From positions 800,001-864,000 of the forward strand of contig CAXXLX010000001.1 in the NCBI GenBank assembly GCA_963665235.2: a stretch of DNA of 64,000 nucleotides, in the 5' to 3' direction. Origin of the DNA: Candidatus Poribacteria bacterium. GTDB lineage: Bacteria > Poribacteria > WGA-4E > WGA-3G. Shown here one piece after another: positions 9,323 through 19,716 of the stretch. A program made the translations under genes and the position numbers. Numbering within the stretch: position 1 is the first letter of the stretch; each line of letters opens with the position of its first letter. The notes under the pieces are model-generated. The model saw nothing but the letters and a program-made list of their open reading frames with translations, had not been told where the DNA came from and did not search any database.

Positions 9323-11311
9323 TTGAAATTTTTACACATATCACATTTTATTTTCAACCCTAAAATCCACGACTTTAAAATGCATCAGACCGACTTGCAA
9401 CCCTCACATTCAATTGCAAAACGGGCGGTGTTGATTGGCACTGTCCTGATTATCGCCAACAGCTACTGGATAGCGTATGTAGAGATGATTTGGCACACGG
9501 CGCATCTAACAACAGTTGCGATGTCCGTGAATGTCATGTTCGGCATTTTTGTTATCACGGTGCTGAACTTGGTAGTGCGGGGTATTGCACCGAGGGCTGC
9601 GCTGACACAACGGGATTTAATCGTTGTTTACGCGATGCTGGCTGTCGGAAGCGCGTTCTCAGGACACGACTGTATCCCCCGCTTGATGGGGCTTATCCCT
9701 TATGCGTTCCGATTCGCTACGCCTGAAAACGATTGGGAGGCACTCCTCTTCCATCATCTGCCCGAATGGCTGGTTGTCAAAGACCCCAAAACAGTCACCG
9801 ATTTCTATGAAGGCGAGGTCAATTTCTTCACAGGCGGCTATATTGAACATTGGATTGTGCCGATTCTTTCATGGTCAGCCGTCATTTTCCTCCTGATGCT
9901 AATTTTCCTCTGTCTCACCTCACTGATTCGAAAACAGTGGATTGAAAACGAAAAGTTGGCGTACCCGATTATTCAGATTCCGCTTGAGATTACTACGAAC
10001 CGACGTATCTTTAGAAATCGCTTGCTCTGGCTCGGATTCGGAATAGCCATGGGGATAAACCTGCTCAATGGGCTACAGTTTTTCTTTCCGGTGCTGCCGG
10101 AAATACCTGTGCGGGAATATAACCTCAATATCTACTTCACACAAAAGCCGTGGAACGCCATCGGGAGCACACCGCTACGGTTTCATCCGTACCTAATCGG
10201 GTTTTCGTTTATTTTGCCATTGGATTTGGCGTTTTCATGCACGTTTTTCTATTTGATGAAGAAGGTGCAGCTGCTATTCGGAAGTGCTGTAGGGGTATCG
10301 ACCCTTCCGGGCTATCCGTTTTTAGGGGAGCAGGGTGCGGGGGCATTGCTCGCGCTGTTGGCGATTGCGTGTTGGCACGCTAGAAAACATTTTAAAACTG
10401 TGTTTTCACAGGTCATCCGCCCAAATCGTGTAGCCTCACAAACGGAGGCACTTTCGTCCCGCAGCACTGTGATTACATTGGGATTATCGCTGTTATTATT
10501 GGCAGTGTTCTGTGTCCGTGGCGGTATGTCGCTGTGGGCATTTACGGTTTTCATCGGCATCTATCTATTGATTGTTGTCGGGTTGACTCGGATGCGGGCG
10601 GAACTCGGCCCGCCGATACACGCCATCGGCTATTTGACACCGCAATATATGATGATTTCACTGCTCGGCACGCGGCGGTTACGCGCAGGCAACCTCACGA
10701 TGCTCTCCCTGATGAATTGGCTCAGTGGTGCCAGCTACGCCTCTTTCCGCACGCACCCAATGCCTGACCAGCTGGAGGCGTTCAAATTAGCGGAACGCAC
10801 CGGCATCCGAAACCGGACGATGTTCACGGTGTTAGTAATCGCAAGCCTCGTCGGCATCTTATCCAGCCTGATTCTCTATCCGTACGCCATTTACCGGGAG
10901 GGTGTCGCTGCAGGGTCAGAACAGATTCACGCGGGGGGAGCGGATACCTATAACTTTTTATCATCGTGGTTAGTGAACCCGAAACCGACAGATTGGTTGG
11001 CAACCTCTGTGCTTGGGATAACGTTTGCGGCGAATTTGGGTATCATGTTCCTGCGTTCCCGTTTTGTATGGTGCCCGCTACATCCGGCGGGATATGTTAT
11101 TGGGGTTGCCCCAGGCACGACAGATGTAATATGGTTTCCGCTGCTGATAGCGATGGTGACGAAGTGGCTTATCTTACGGCATGGCGGTATTAACGCCTAT
11201 CGGCGAGCAGTGCCGTTTTTCATCGGGCTAGTCCTGGGCGAGGCGTTGATGGGATGTTTCTGGCCGTTGTTGAGTCTGGTGCTACGCTCGGCGGTGTATA
11301 GTTGGATTTGA
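9323..11311 (+). CDS. Polytopic membrane protein, DUF6785/DUF6784-like (OPT-related putative transporter); likely start 9380
   Basis: RKQWIENEKLAYPI, RMRAELGPP and WCPLHPAGY motifs; TTGACA promoter-like sequence at 9271. Confidence 0.8.
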   Translation: MKFLHISHFIFNPKIHDFKMHQTDLQPSHSIAKRAVLIGTVLIIANSYWIAYVEMIWHTAHLTTVAMSVNVMFGIFVITVLNLVVRGIAPRAALTQRDLIVVYAMLAVGSAFSGHDCIPRLMGLIPYAFRFATPENDWEALLFHHLPEWLVVKDPKTVTDFYEGEVNFFTGGYIEHWIVPILSWSAVIFLLMLIFLCLTSLIRKQWIENEKLAYPIIQIPLEITTNRRIFRNRLLWLGFGIAMGINLLNGLQFFFPVLPEIPVREYNLNIYFTQKPWNAIGSTPLRFHPYLIGFSFILPLDLAFSCTFFYLMKKVQLLFGSAVGVSTLPGYPFLGEQGAGALLALLAIACWHARKHFKTVFSQVIRPNRVASQTEALSSRSTVITLGLSLLLLAVFCVRGGMSLWAFTVFIGIYLLIVVGLTRMRAELGPPIHAIGYLTPQYMMISLLGTRRLRAGNLTMLSLMNWLSGASYASFRTHPMPDQLEAFKLAERTGIRNRTMFTVLVIASLVGILSSLILYPYAIYREGVAAGSEQIHAGGADTYNFLSSWLVNPKPTDWLATSVLGITFAANLGIMFLRSRFVWCPLHPAGYVIGVAPGTTDVIWFPLLIAMVTKWLILRHGGINAYRRAVPFFIGLVLGEALMGCFWPLLSLVLRSAVYSWI

Positions 11312-11325
11312 TACGCATTCACTTT

Positions 11326-12807
11326 TTAAGTCGCCTGACAATGTCTTTCTGCCGACTTGGCTGCCGTTTCTGGTAAATTGACATACATTAAATATCCAAT
11401 TGCTCCGAAGACCTTCTGCAACTCGCCTATCGATAGCGGTGTCCTATTCCGCGTAAATAGAGCCTCCGCTAACTTACCGAATTGCCACATCTCCCCATCT
11501 GTTACAATCCCGTAAACGGGCATCAGGTCGTCCCCGTTAATCCGCTGAATTGCAACCAGTTCCGCCAAACACTGTCCCCAACCCTCAATAAAGTCGTTTC
11601 GTTTCGCCTCAACGACAACGATGATTGGGGTGCCAAGTACGGTTTTTCCTAACGCCGATTTTGTTGAAATAAGATAATCGGGCGGACCGCTCAGCTGCGA
11701 ATCGTAGGCAATAGGTTTATGGCTCCACAGCGAAAAGCTATCGGCATATTTTTTGTAAACATCCCGGAGAATCGGATAGATAATACCATTTTTATTAATT
11801 ATTCTATCATTACCGGTTGTTAGAAATGAAACGGAGAACGGAAGACCCAAACTAAAAGTTTATGCTACTAGAAAGCACAAACTGGAAGTTTATGCTACTA
11901 GAAAGCACAAACTGGAAGTTTATGCTACAAGACCGCACAAACTGGAAGTTTATGCTACAAGACCGCACAAACTGGAAGTTTATGCTACAAGACCGCACAA
12001 ACTGGAAGTTTATGCTACAAGACCGCACAAACTGGAAGTTTATGCTACAAGACCGCACAAACTGGAAGTTTATGCTACAAGACCGCACAAACTGGAAGTT
12101 TATGCTACAAGACCGCACAAACTGGAAGTTTATGCTACAAGACCGCACAAACTGGAAGTTTATGCTACAAGACCGCACAAACTGGAAGTTTATGCTACAA
12201 GACCGCACAAACTGGAAGTTTATGCTACAATAAAGTGCACAAACTGGAAGTTTATGCTACAAGACCGCACAAACTGGAAGTTTATGCTACAAGACCGCAC
12301 AAACTGGAAGTTTATGCTACAAGACCGCACAAACTGGAAGTTTATGCTACAAGAAAGTGCACAAACTGGAAGTTTATGCTACAAGACCGCACAAACTGGA
12401 AGTTTATGCTACAACAAAGCACAAACTGGAAGTTTATGCTACGCACAAACTGGAAGTTTATGCTACAAGAACGCACAAACTGGAAGTTTATGCTACAAGA
12501 TGCTACGCACAAACTGGAAGTTTATGCTACAAGAGGCACAAACTGGAAGTTTATGCTACAAGAAAGCACAAACTGGAAGTTTATGCTACTACAAAGAGAC
12601 ATTTTCAATTAGGAATGGTATAACATTCTCACAACGCGCTGTCTCCGATGCAAACACGTCAATATGTTGTTGATTAAACGCAAACTCTTCCAAAAACGCC
12701 GGGGAGGGTTCAATATTGGCATCGTACTGGAGGTAGTCCTCCTCGATATATTTAATATCAAAGGTTTCCTGAACTTGCGCGATTGATTTGAAGTTTGTAA
12801 ATGCCAT
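11326..12807 (-). pseudogene. PD-(D/E)XK-like (HsdR_N-like) gene split by MITE family 1 copy B
   Basis: Removing 11784-12620 plus one TAA restores ...ARCENVIYPILRDV...; homologous to the genes at 60607-62525 (VEAK...GWGQCLAEL). Confidence 0.85.
11784..12620 (+). mobile_element. REP-array MITE family 1, copy B (about 25 units, mostly 30 nt)
   Basis: TAA target duplication on both sides; dominant linker AAGACC. Confidence 0.92.
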
Positions 12808-12870
12808 CTATTCTGCCTCCTTAGATTATGCAAAAAGTATAGCATGAATTTGTGGGAATATCAACAAAAA

Positions 12871-14007
12871 TTAGACCTTAAATGCCCGGTTGATGCGGAA
12901 AGGGGTGATGTCAAAAGCGGTTTCGCCGGTCAGTGCCAACTCTCCCAGGATGCGCCCGACGATGGAACAGAACTTAAAGCCGTGTCCTGAAAAACCTGCC
13001 GCAATCAGTAGGGTTGGACAGTCAGGATGGAGGTCAATAATGAAATCTTCGTCCGGGGTTTCGGTGTAGAGACAGACTTCGGCATGAACTGTTTCGCCAA
13101 CCTCCGGTATCCGCTCATGCAAATAGGCATCTATCCGCTGCATGTAAGCTGCGTCGGGGGTGCGGTTGCATGTATCGGGTGAAACAGGTTGTCCCATGCC
13201 GTGTCGCGCTATCTTTACGCCATTTTTACCGAAATAGGGGATACCGTAAAGGAATTCGCCTTCTGCTGTAACCTCTGTGAAGACAGGAAATCGGGCCGGC
13301 TGGAACAACGCAACATCTGTGGGTTGATAGTAGCAGACCTGTTGCCGCGTTACCGTGAAGAGGGGGTCGAGTTCCGGAAGCAGAACGTTTGTCCACGCCC
13401 CTGCTGTTACCACTACCTTTCTGCCACGAAACCGATGTGTGTCGGTGTAGACCGTTAGGACATCCGATTGCCAATCTATTTGCGTAACAGGCATCCCCTC
13501 CCGAATATCTGCTCCGTGCTGTTCTGCCAATTGGGAGTGTGTAGAAACACATTCGGCAGCGTGGAGAAAACCGGTGTCCTTCTGATAGAGGATATCCATG
13601 GTATCGGACACCCGGAATTGCGGGAAACGTTTCATCAACTGTTGCGAAGTCCACTCCTCCGATTCAACGCCTGCAGCCGCTAAACTTTGCCGAACAGCGC
13701 GTCCATATAGGTTTCCACTTTGACCTAAATTGACGCTCCCTGTGATGAACAGGAGGGGTTTTCCTGATGCTGCTTCAAGGGCACGCCATTCTTCATAAGC
13801 GGTTTTCATCAGTTCGGTGTAGAAGGGTTTATCGTAAAAAAAACGGATGATGCGGGTTTCACCGTGTGAACTGCCGAACGTGTGTCCACGGTGAAACTGT
13901 TCCAAAACGAGCACGTCCGCGCCAGCTTTTGCTATGTGGTATGCTGTCGCGCTGCCCATCCCGCCTGCACCGATGACGATGGTATCGTAGATGTGAGATT
14001 GCATCAT
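12871..14007 (-). CDS. solA: N-methyl-L-tryptophan oxidase / monomeric sarcosine oxidase
   Basis: GAGGMG FAD motif; GSSHGETRIIR, CLYTETPDEDF and GFSGHGFKF. Confidence 0.85.
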   Translation of the reverse strand: MMQSHIYDTIVIGAGGMGSATAYHIAKAGADVLVLEQFHRGHTFGSSHGETRIIRFFYDKPFYTELMKTAYEEWRALEAASGKPLLFITGSVNLGQSGNLYGRAVRQSLAAAGVESEEWTSQQLMKRFPQFRVSDTMDILYQKDTGFLHAAECVSTHSQLAEQHGADIREGMPVTQIDWQSDVLTVYTDTHRFRGRKVVVTAGAWTNVLLPELDPLFTVTRQQVCYYQPTDVALFQPARFPVFTEVTAEGEFLYGIPYFGKNGVKIARHGMGQPVSPDTCNRTPDAAYMQRIDAYLHERIPEVGETVHAEVCLYTETPDEDFIIDLHPDCPTLLIAAGFSGHGFKFCSIVGRILGELALTGETAFDITPFRINRAFKV

Positions 14008-14022
14008 TTTTCCTTAGAAGAG

Positions 14023-14236
14023 TCGCGAGCCCAGCTCGCTCCTACAGAAGAGACAGCCTGTCGCGAGCCCAGCTCGCTCCTACAGAAGAGACAGCCTGTC
14101 GCGAGCCCAGCTCGCTCCTACAGAAGAGACAGCCTGTCGCGAGCCCAGCTCGCTCCTACAGAAGAGACAGCCTGTCGCGAGCCCAGCTCGCTCCTACAGA
14201 AGAGACAGCCTGTCGCGAGCCCAGCTCGCTCCTACA
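14023..14236 (-). repeat. Tandem array of 6 GTAG-REP units (38 nt)
   Basis: TCGCGAGCCCAGCTCGCTCCTAC repeated; same REP as flanks the RAYT gene. Confidence 0.9.
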
Positions 14237-14312
14237 TAAGAGATAAGAGGTTTGTTGAAATTTTGTCTGTGGTATGTTAAAATTTTAAAAAGATAATCAA
14301 ACGGAGGCAAAT

Positions 14313-14891
14313 ATGTCATCTCCTGCACTAGATGTCTACATTACACCTGAGGCATACCTTGCCTCAGAACGCAAGGCAAAATTCAAAAGCGAGTACATCC
14401 ATGGAGAAATCCTGGCAATGTCCGGGGCGAGTCGCGCCCATAATCTTATCACGTTAGATACAGCTATGGAACTTAACATGCAATTGCGCGGGCGGGGTTG
14501 CGAAGTTTACAGTAGCGATATGCGTGTTCGGACGAATCCTACAGGTCCCTACTTCTACCCAGATGTCGTCGTTGTTTGCGATAAACCCCGCTTTGAGGAT
14601 AATGTCTTTGATACACTGCTCAACCCAACCCTTATCGTAGAGGTGCTTTCACCATCAACTGAAGCGTACGACAGAGGTGAGAAATTTATGCACTATCAGG
14701 AGCTCACGTCCTTGCAAGAATACGTCCTTGTTGCCCAGGACAGGATTCACGTTGAACATTACCAGCTTATTGAGACGCAGTGGGTGCAGAAAGCGTTTGA
14801 TTCACCTGAAGATGTCCTACTTTTCAGTTCTATTGGATGCGAATTGCCTTTGCGGGATATCTACATACGCGTTCCATTTCTGAATATCTAA
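14313..14891 (+). CDS. Uma2 family endonuclease
   Basis: YPDVVVVC, IVEVLSPSTEAYDRGEK and EYVLV motifs. Confidence 0.9.
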   Translation: MSSPALDVYITPEAYLASERKAKFKSEYIHGEILAMSGASRAHNLITLDTAMELNMQLRGRGCEVYSSDMRVRTNPTGPYFYPDVVVVCDKPRFEDNVFDTLLNPTLIVEVLSPSTEAYDRGEKFMHYQELTSLQEYVLVAQDRIHVEHYQLIETQWVQKAFDSPEDVLLFSSIGCELPLRDIYIRVPFLNI

Positions 14892-15036
14892 CGCAAGTTG
14901 CCACATAGTAGCACAAACTTCCTAGTTTGGGTCTTCCATAAGGGCGCGAACTAGGAAGTTCACGGTACAATTATCAGCATTTTTTGACTAAAAGCGGCGT
15001 TCCCAAGTCTAAAAATTTATAGGTGGCAACTTAGGT
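14891..15036 (+). mobile_element. MITE family 3 (TIR AAGTTGCCAC...GTGGCAACTT) containing an inverted REP pair
   Basis: Terminal inverted repeats; internal GTAGCACAAACTTCCTAGTTTG and GAACTAGGAAGTTCACGGTAC. Confidence 0.65.
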
Positions 15037-15040
15037 ATAT

Positions 15041-15796
15041 CTAGAGCGAAAACGGTTCCGGCACAGTGGTAAAGTGCTTATACCGGTCGGTGCCGCGCAG
15101 GAGAATCGGTTTCCACGGGCGTTTCAATGAATTATCCTCTGCCTGCTTCACCGAAGGAGCGATGTATCGGATGGTTAAACCGCACCGCCGACGCGTAGAA
15201 TGATTCGGGAGGCTGCCGTGGATTATCTGTCCATGATGAATAGACATTTCACCCGCCTTGAGGATTAGGTCAATCGCGGTCTCCTCCGCTGCTTCGGTGA
15301 CCGGCACCTCCTGATTAATGCTCAGTAGGTTGCCTTCCTGTTCAGATGTGCCGTGCGTTTGAACGCCTTGATGATGACTGCCGGGAATAACCCGCATACA
15401 TCCGTTTCCTATGTCGCTGTCATCTATAGCATACCAAGCGGTAATTGCATCCGGGGGTTCCAGTCCCCAATACGTTACGTCTTGATGCCATGCAACGAAT
15501 TTCTCCCGTGGGCCATACTTGCAAAAGAAGTGTGTGGCTAACAGCATCACATCGGGACCGATAAGTGCTTCAATCACATCAACGATTTTGGGGTGTTTGG
15601 CGAGTTTCCAAATAAATTCGTATTCGAAATGCCAATCAATCAGTCCGATTTCACATTTTTCCGTGCCGACTTCCGCCTCTAAGGCATCATATTCATCCCG
15701 ATAGTGGGTGGCTTCAGCCGTGTCGGCGACAGGTATCCCGGTCAAAAATCCATCTTTTTGATACGTTGTTAAGAGCTGTTCATTTGTAGTTTGCAT
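15041..15796 (-). CDS. Phytanoyl-CoA dioxygenase family protein
   Basis: WHQD, NGCMRVIPGSH and HGSLPN...RR motifs; likely start MQTTNE. Confidence 0.88.
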   Translation of the reverse strand: MQTTNEQLLTTYQKDGFLTGIPVADTAEATHYRDEYDALEAEVGTEKCEIGLIDWHFEYEFIWKLAKHPKIVDVIEALIGPDVMLLATHFFCKYGPREKFVAWHQDVTYWGLEPPDAITAWYAIDDSDIGNGCMRVIPGSHHQGVQTHGTSEQEGNLLSINQEVPVTEAAEETAIDLILKAGEMSIHHGQIIHGSLPNHSTRRRCGLTIRYIAPSVKQAEDNSLKRPWKPILLRGTDRYKHFTTVPEPFSL

Positions 15797-15809
15797 GCCT
15801 GATCCTCTC

Positions 15810-16697
15810 TTATGAAATTTCTGGAAGTTTCCACTGGCGGAACCATTGGGAATCCTCCGGGGGCGGTTCACCTGTGTTTTGCATCGTCTTGAACGTTTTC
15901 AAGGCGGGTGTGACCTGTTCTGCCCAAATCTGTTCAACCTCTGCAAACGTTACCGGTTGCCGTTCGGAAATATTCTGTTCTGCGTAAGCGTTTAACAATT
16001 CCTGCATCTTGTTGCCGAGCCATGCGACCTCATCGTTGACCATGCGTTCTCCGATGCGCCGGTCTGAGTCGTACGCATTTGCTCCCATTGCGAAGTGGGG
16101 GCCGGGGGTGTCAGGTGGCGGCATCCGCGACATATCAACGCATGCCGGGTCTAAAGCCCAGAGTAGCGAGGTTTCAACGCGGCCTGCGTGGTCTCCGCTG
16201 TTGCCCTGCTTGTCGAAACCGATACCGTTCGCCTCAAAATCGGGGAGTCCGTACAGCTGCATTGCGAAGTGCGGTTGGATTAATGTTAGCAACGTTTTGA
16301 GGTCTTGCCAATTTGGGCCGTAGTGTCCGGTGAGAAAAATCGCTGCGTGAAATCCGAGGGCATCGGCGGCCCGGACGTGATAACACACATTTTTGAAATG
16401 TTGCCATGCTGGCATAGCGGTCATCCAGCTCCGCACTTCACCGACATTTTGCTGTGCCCAATTTGCGTAAGTGCCGTGTTCATGGATATGCCAATAGTCG
16501 GGCGGTGCGACAATGCCGCCGTGGGTTTGTGCAGCGCGGCAGGCAATTGCGTGCGCCTTGAGGGCATCTAACCCGACCGTATTCTGTGGACCGTGCGGTT
16601 CACAGAGCCCATAAGTGAAATAGACACCGGGGCATTCCGTAAACGCAGCTTCCAATTCATCTGGGAACATCCGCTCCCAGCGTACTTCTCGTCTCAT
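15810..16697 (-). CDS. Creatininase/amidohydrolase family protein
   Basis: GLCEPHGP...D, GHYG and DHAGRVETS motifs. Confidence 0.85.
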   Translation of the reverse strand: MRREVRWERMFPDELEAAFTECPGVYFTYGLCEPHGPQNTVGLDALKAHAIACRAAQTHGGIVAPPDYWHIHEHGTYANWAQQNVGEVRSWMTAMPAWQHFKNVCYHVRAADALGFHAAIFLTGHYGPNWQDLKTLLTLIQPHFAMQLYGLPDFEANGIGFDKQGNSGDHAGRVETSLLWALDPACVDMSRMPPPDTPGPHFAMGANAYDSDRRIGERMVNDEVAWLGNKMQELLNAYAEQNISERQPVTFAEVEQIWAEQVTPALKTFKTMQNTGEPPPEDSQWFRQWKLPEIS

Positions 16698-16984
16698 TAT
16701 CCTTCTCCTTAAAAAAACCTAAGTTGCCACATAGTAGCATAATCTTCCAGATTGTGCGTAATAGTAGCATAATCTTCCAGATTGTGCGTAATAGTAGCAT
16801 AATCTTCCAGATTGTGCGTAATAGTAGCATAATCTTCCAGATTGTGCGTAATAGTAGCATAATCTTCCAGATTGTGCGTAATAGTAGCATAATCTTCCAG
16901 ATTGTGCGTAATAGTAGCATAATCTTCCAGATTGTGCATATTTGTGTGCAAACTAAAAGTGGACGCTACAAATAGTGCCTAATT

Positions 16985-17134
16985 AACGCGAGTTTGAAAA
17001 AAGTTTTGACTTAGAGCGTTCTGTGTTAGTTTTAGCAAAAAACTGCACAAACTAGGAAGTATGTGCTACAATGCTGCTGCTTTTTTCGCGGTGAAAAGGT
17101 TTAGAGCAAACGGATATTTATTCAAGCTCACGTC
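16985..17134 (+). mobile_element. MITE family 2 (single-REP cargo)
   Basis: AACGCGAGTTTGAAAAAAG...TCAAGCTCACGT(C). Confidence 0.8.
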
Positions 17135-17586
17135 AATTATCAGCATATTTTCATTAAAGACGGTGTTTCCGGGTCTAAAAACTTATTAAAAAAAAACCTA
17201 AGTTGCCACATAGTAGCATAATCTTCCAGATTGTGCGTAATAGTAGCATAATCTTCCAGATTGTGCCCATAGTAGCATAATCTTCCAGATTGTGCCCATA
17301 GTAGCATAATCTTCCAGTATCAAACGGATATTTATTATCAAGCTCACGTCAATTATCAGCATATTTTCATTAAAGACGGTGTTTCCGGGTCTAAAAACTT
17401 ATTAAAAAAAAACCTAAGTTGCCACATAGTAGCATAATCTTCCAGATTGTGCCCATAGTAGCATAATCTTCCAGATTGTGCCCATAGTAGCATAATCTTC
17501 CAGATTGTGCCCATAGTAGCATAATCTTCCAGATTGTGCATATTTGTGTGCAAACTAAAAGTGGACGCTACAAATAGTGCCTAATT

Positions 17587-17739
17587 AACGCGAGTTTGAA
17601 AAAAGTTTTGACTTAGAGCGTTCTGTGTTAGTTTTAGCAAAAAACTGCACAAACTAGGAAGTATGTGCTACAATTATTCCGCTTTTTTGGCGGTGAAAAA
17701 GGTTTAGAGCAAACGGATATTTATTATCAAGCTCACGTT
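17587..17739 (+). mobile_element. MITE family 2 (single-REP cargo); supplies the stop codon of the J-domain gene
   Basis: Same ends as the other copies; TGA at 17733-17735 on the minus strand lies inside the TIR. Confidence 0.82.
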
Positions 17740-18551
17740 ATATTTAAAGTCTGGCAAATCTTCTTTGCCCCCGCGAGATTAGGTTGGAGTTCAAACGCCA
17801 TGAGTAAAACCTTCCGCGCCTCCGAAAATTGGTTTATCTCCACGTAGAATTCAGCAATTTTTTTGTACATCCACGCGGTTTCACGCTTTGGAAGTTGTAA
17901 CGCCTGAATCTTCAGCAGAGAGACGGGGGTTGTCTGTTCATGCCCCTCAACGCTGAAATGGTAAAGGTATAGACATTTCAAACGTTCTTTAAGTTCCCGG
18001 GTAAAGTGTCGGAAACAGGGCCGTTTCGCTTCAGCGGCGAGCAGCGATTCATAAATTACGCGCGCCTGCTCCTGTTTGCCAAGCTTCTGATACGCTTCTG
18101 CGATTAAGAATTCACAGTCCCGGCTCTGTTCGTAGCTAAGAAAATCGTCAATGCACACCCCCTCTTTTTCACAGCACAGCTGCTCGTAAGCAGAAATACC
18201 CGCCTCATAGTTTTGATGGAGCAGTGCTTGAAATAGCAATTCCAATTTGGTGTATGTCTGATTGAGTCGATTGCGTCTCTCCTGATAGGCTGCTTGTGCT
18301 TCTCGCTGCTGTTGAGCGGCTTCTAGTGTCTGGTCATAATCCCATTTCTGTCTTTTGTCGCGCAGGATAGTGTATGCCTTACAGACTTCACGAAACCGCT
18401 GCGCTGCGAAGTCAACCTGCTCCGGATTTTTATCGGGGTGGTAACGTTTCGCGAGTTTGCGGAATGCCTGTTTTATTTCGGCCGCAGTCGCGCCCCGGTC
18501 TATTTCTAAGATTTCGTAGTAATTTGGTATTTGCATGTTATTATCGTACAA
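17733..18551 (-). CDS. DnaJ (J-domain) protein with TPR-like C-terminus
   Basis: NYYEILEI...YHPDKN J-domain; helical repeats downstream. Confidence 0.85.
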   Translation of the reverse strand: MYDNNMQIPNYYEILEIDRGATAAEIKQAFRKLAKRYHPDKNPEQVDFAAQRFREVCKAYTILRDKRQKWDYDQTLEAAQQQREAQAAYQERRNRLNQTYTKLELLFQALLHQNYEAGISAYEQLCCEKEGVCIDDFLSYEQSRDCEFLIAEAYQKLGKQEQARVIYESLLAAEAKRPCFRHFTRELKERLKCLYLYHFSVEGHEQTTPVSLLKIQALQLPKRETAWMYKKIAEFYVEINQFSEARKVLLMAFELQPNLAGAKKICQTLNIT

Positions 18552-18924
18552 GTTTTAAATGGATATACGAATATAATGCCATAGATTACAGTGATTGTCA
18601 AGGGGAAATTTAAGATTGGAACGGCGGAAGAGTGGAAGGGTGGATTTCGCGGGTGTTGTCAGAATCGCGGATTATCGCGGATTTATCGGATTTCGCGGAT
18701 TTTAAGATGGGTAACAATCCAAGTTTTGTGATTATAGTTTTAGCGTTTTTTTGTCAGAATCGCGGATTATCGCGGAGGACGCGGAGGACGCGGAGTTTAA
18801 GAGATGTCCGCCTATCTAGAAAGGTATCGCGTGCACAGCGCGCTCCTACAGAGCGGGGAGGTCGCGTGCACAGCACGCTCCTATATAACACGTTAAGTCC
18901 AAAAGTTTTACGCAACCAAAGAAA

Positions 18925-19054
18925 TTGACAGAAAATGCAATTGTGTGTATAATTGGATTGATAAAGTGAAAGTAAGGAGAGGTCCGATGTGCCGCCCGGA
19001 CGCAGTAATAAATAGATGCGGACATCTCCGTCCCTCTCAGCAAACGCAGACACA
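18925..19054 (+). promoter_or_regulatory. Sigma70 promoter plus conserved structured leader motif (copy 1)
   Basis: TTGACA-17-TATAAT, then a GGAGAGGTCCG...CGGACATCTCC stem; a second copy lies at 21268-21438. Confidence 0.6.
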
Positions 19055-19152
19055 ATGAGAGCCGTCTATACTTAAAACGGAGATGGAATAGAGGGGTATG
19101 AGGGATCTCTATCTCATCATTATTTCAATGAAAGCCCTCAAAGGATAACTAA

Positions 19153-19712
19153 TACCATTTTTATTAATTATTCTATCATTACCGGTTGTTAGAAATGAAA
19201 CGGAGAACGGAAGACCCAAACTAAAAGTTTATGCTACAATAAAGTGCACAAACTGGAAGTTTATGCTACAATAAAGTGCACAAACTGGAAGTTTATGCTA
19301 CAATAAAGTGCACAAACTGGAAGTTTATGCTACAATAAAGTGCACTGGAAGTTTATGCTACGAAGAAGTGCACAAACTGGAAGTTTATGCTACAATAAAG
19401 TGCACAAACTGGAAGTTTATGCTACGAAGAAGTGCACAAACTGGAAGTTTATGCTACAATAAAGTGCACAAACTGGAAGTTTATGCTACGAAGAAGTGCA
19501 CAAACTGGAAGTTTATGCTACGAAGAAGTGCACAAACTGGAAGTTTATGCTACAATAAAGTGCACAAACTGGAAGTTTATGCTACGAAGAAGTGCACAAA
19601 CTGGAAGTTTATGCTACGAAGAAGTGCACAAACTGGAAGTTTATGCTACAATAAAGTGCACAAACTGGAAGTTTATGCTACAAGAAAGAGACATTTTCAA
19701 TTAGAAATGGTA
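19153..19712 (+). mobile_element. REP-array MITE family 1, copy C (about 15 units of 32 nt), inserted between RBS and ATG
   Basis: AAGGATAAC-TAA|element|TAA-G-ATG(19717). Confidence 0.92.
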
Positions 19713-19716
19713 TAAG

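Larger units (their letters stand above)
16717..17739 (+). repeat. Composite duplicated repeat block: family 3 ends, GTAGCATAATCTTCCAGATTGTGC arrays and two family 2 MITEs
   Basis: Arrays at 16731-16938 (7 units), about 17210-17315 and about 17425-17540; the 16714-17134 segment recurs at 17407-17739. Confidence 0.85.

Noticed and set aside
11846-12600. CRISPR array interpretation of the 30-32-nt repeat arrays (all family 1 copies and 32206-33080)
   Set aside because: The linkers are only 6-8 nt and repetitive, there are no unique spacers or cas genes, and the units are GTAG-hairpin REPs.
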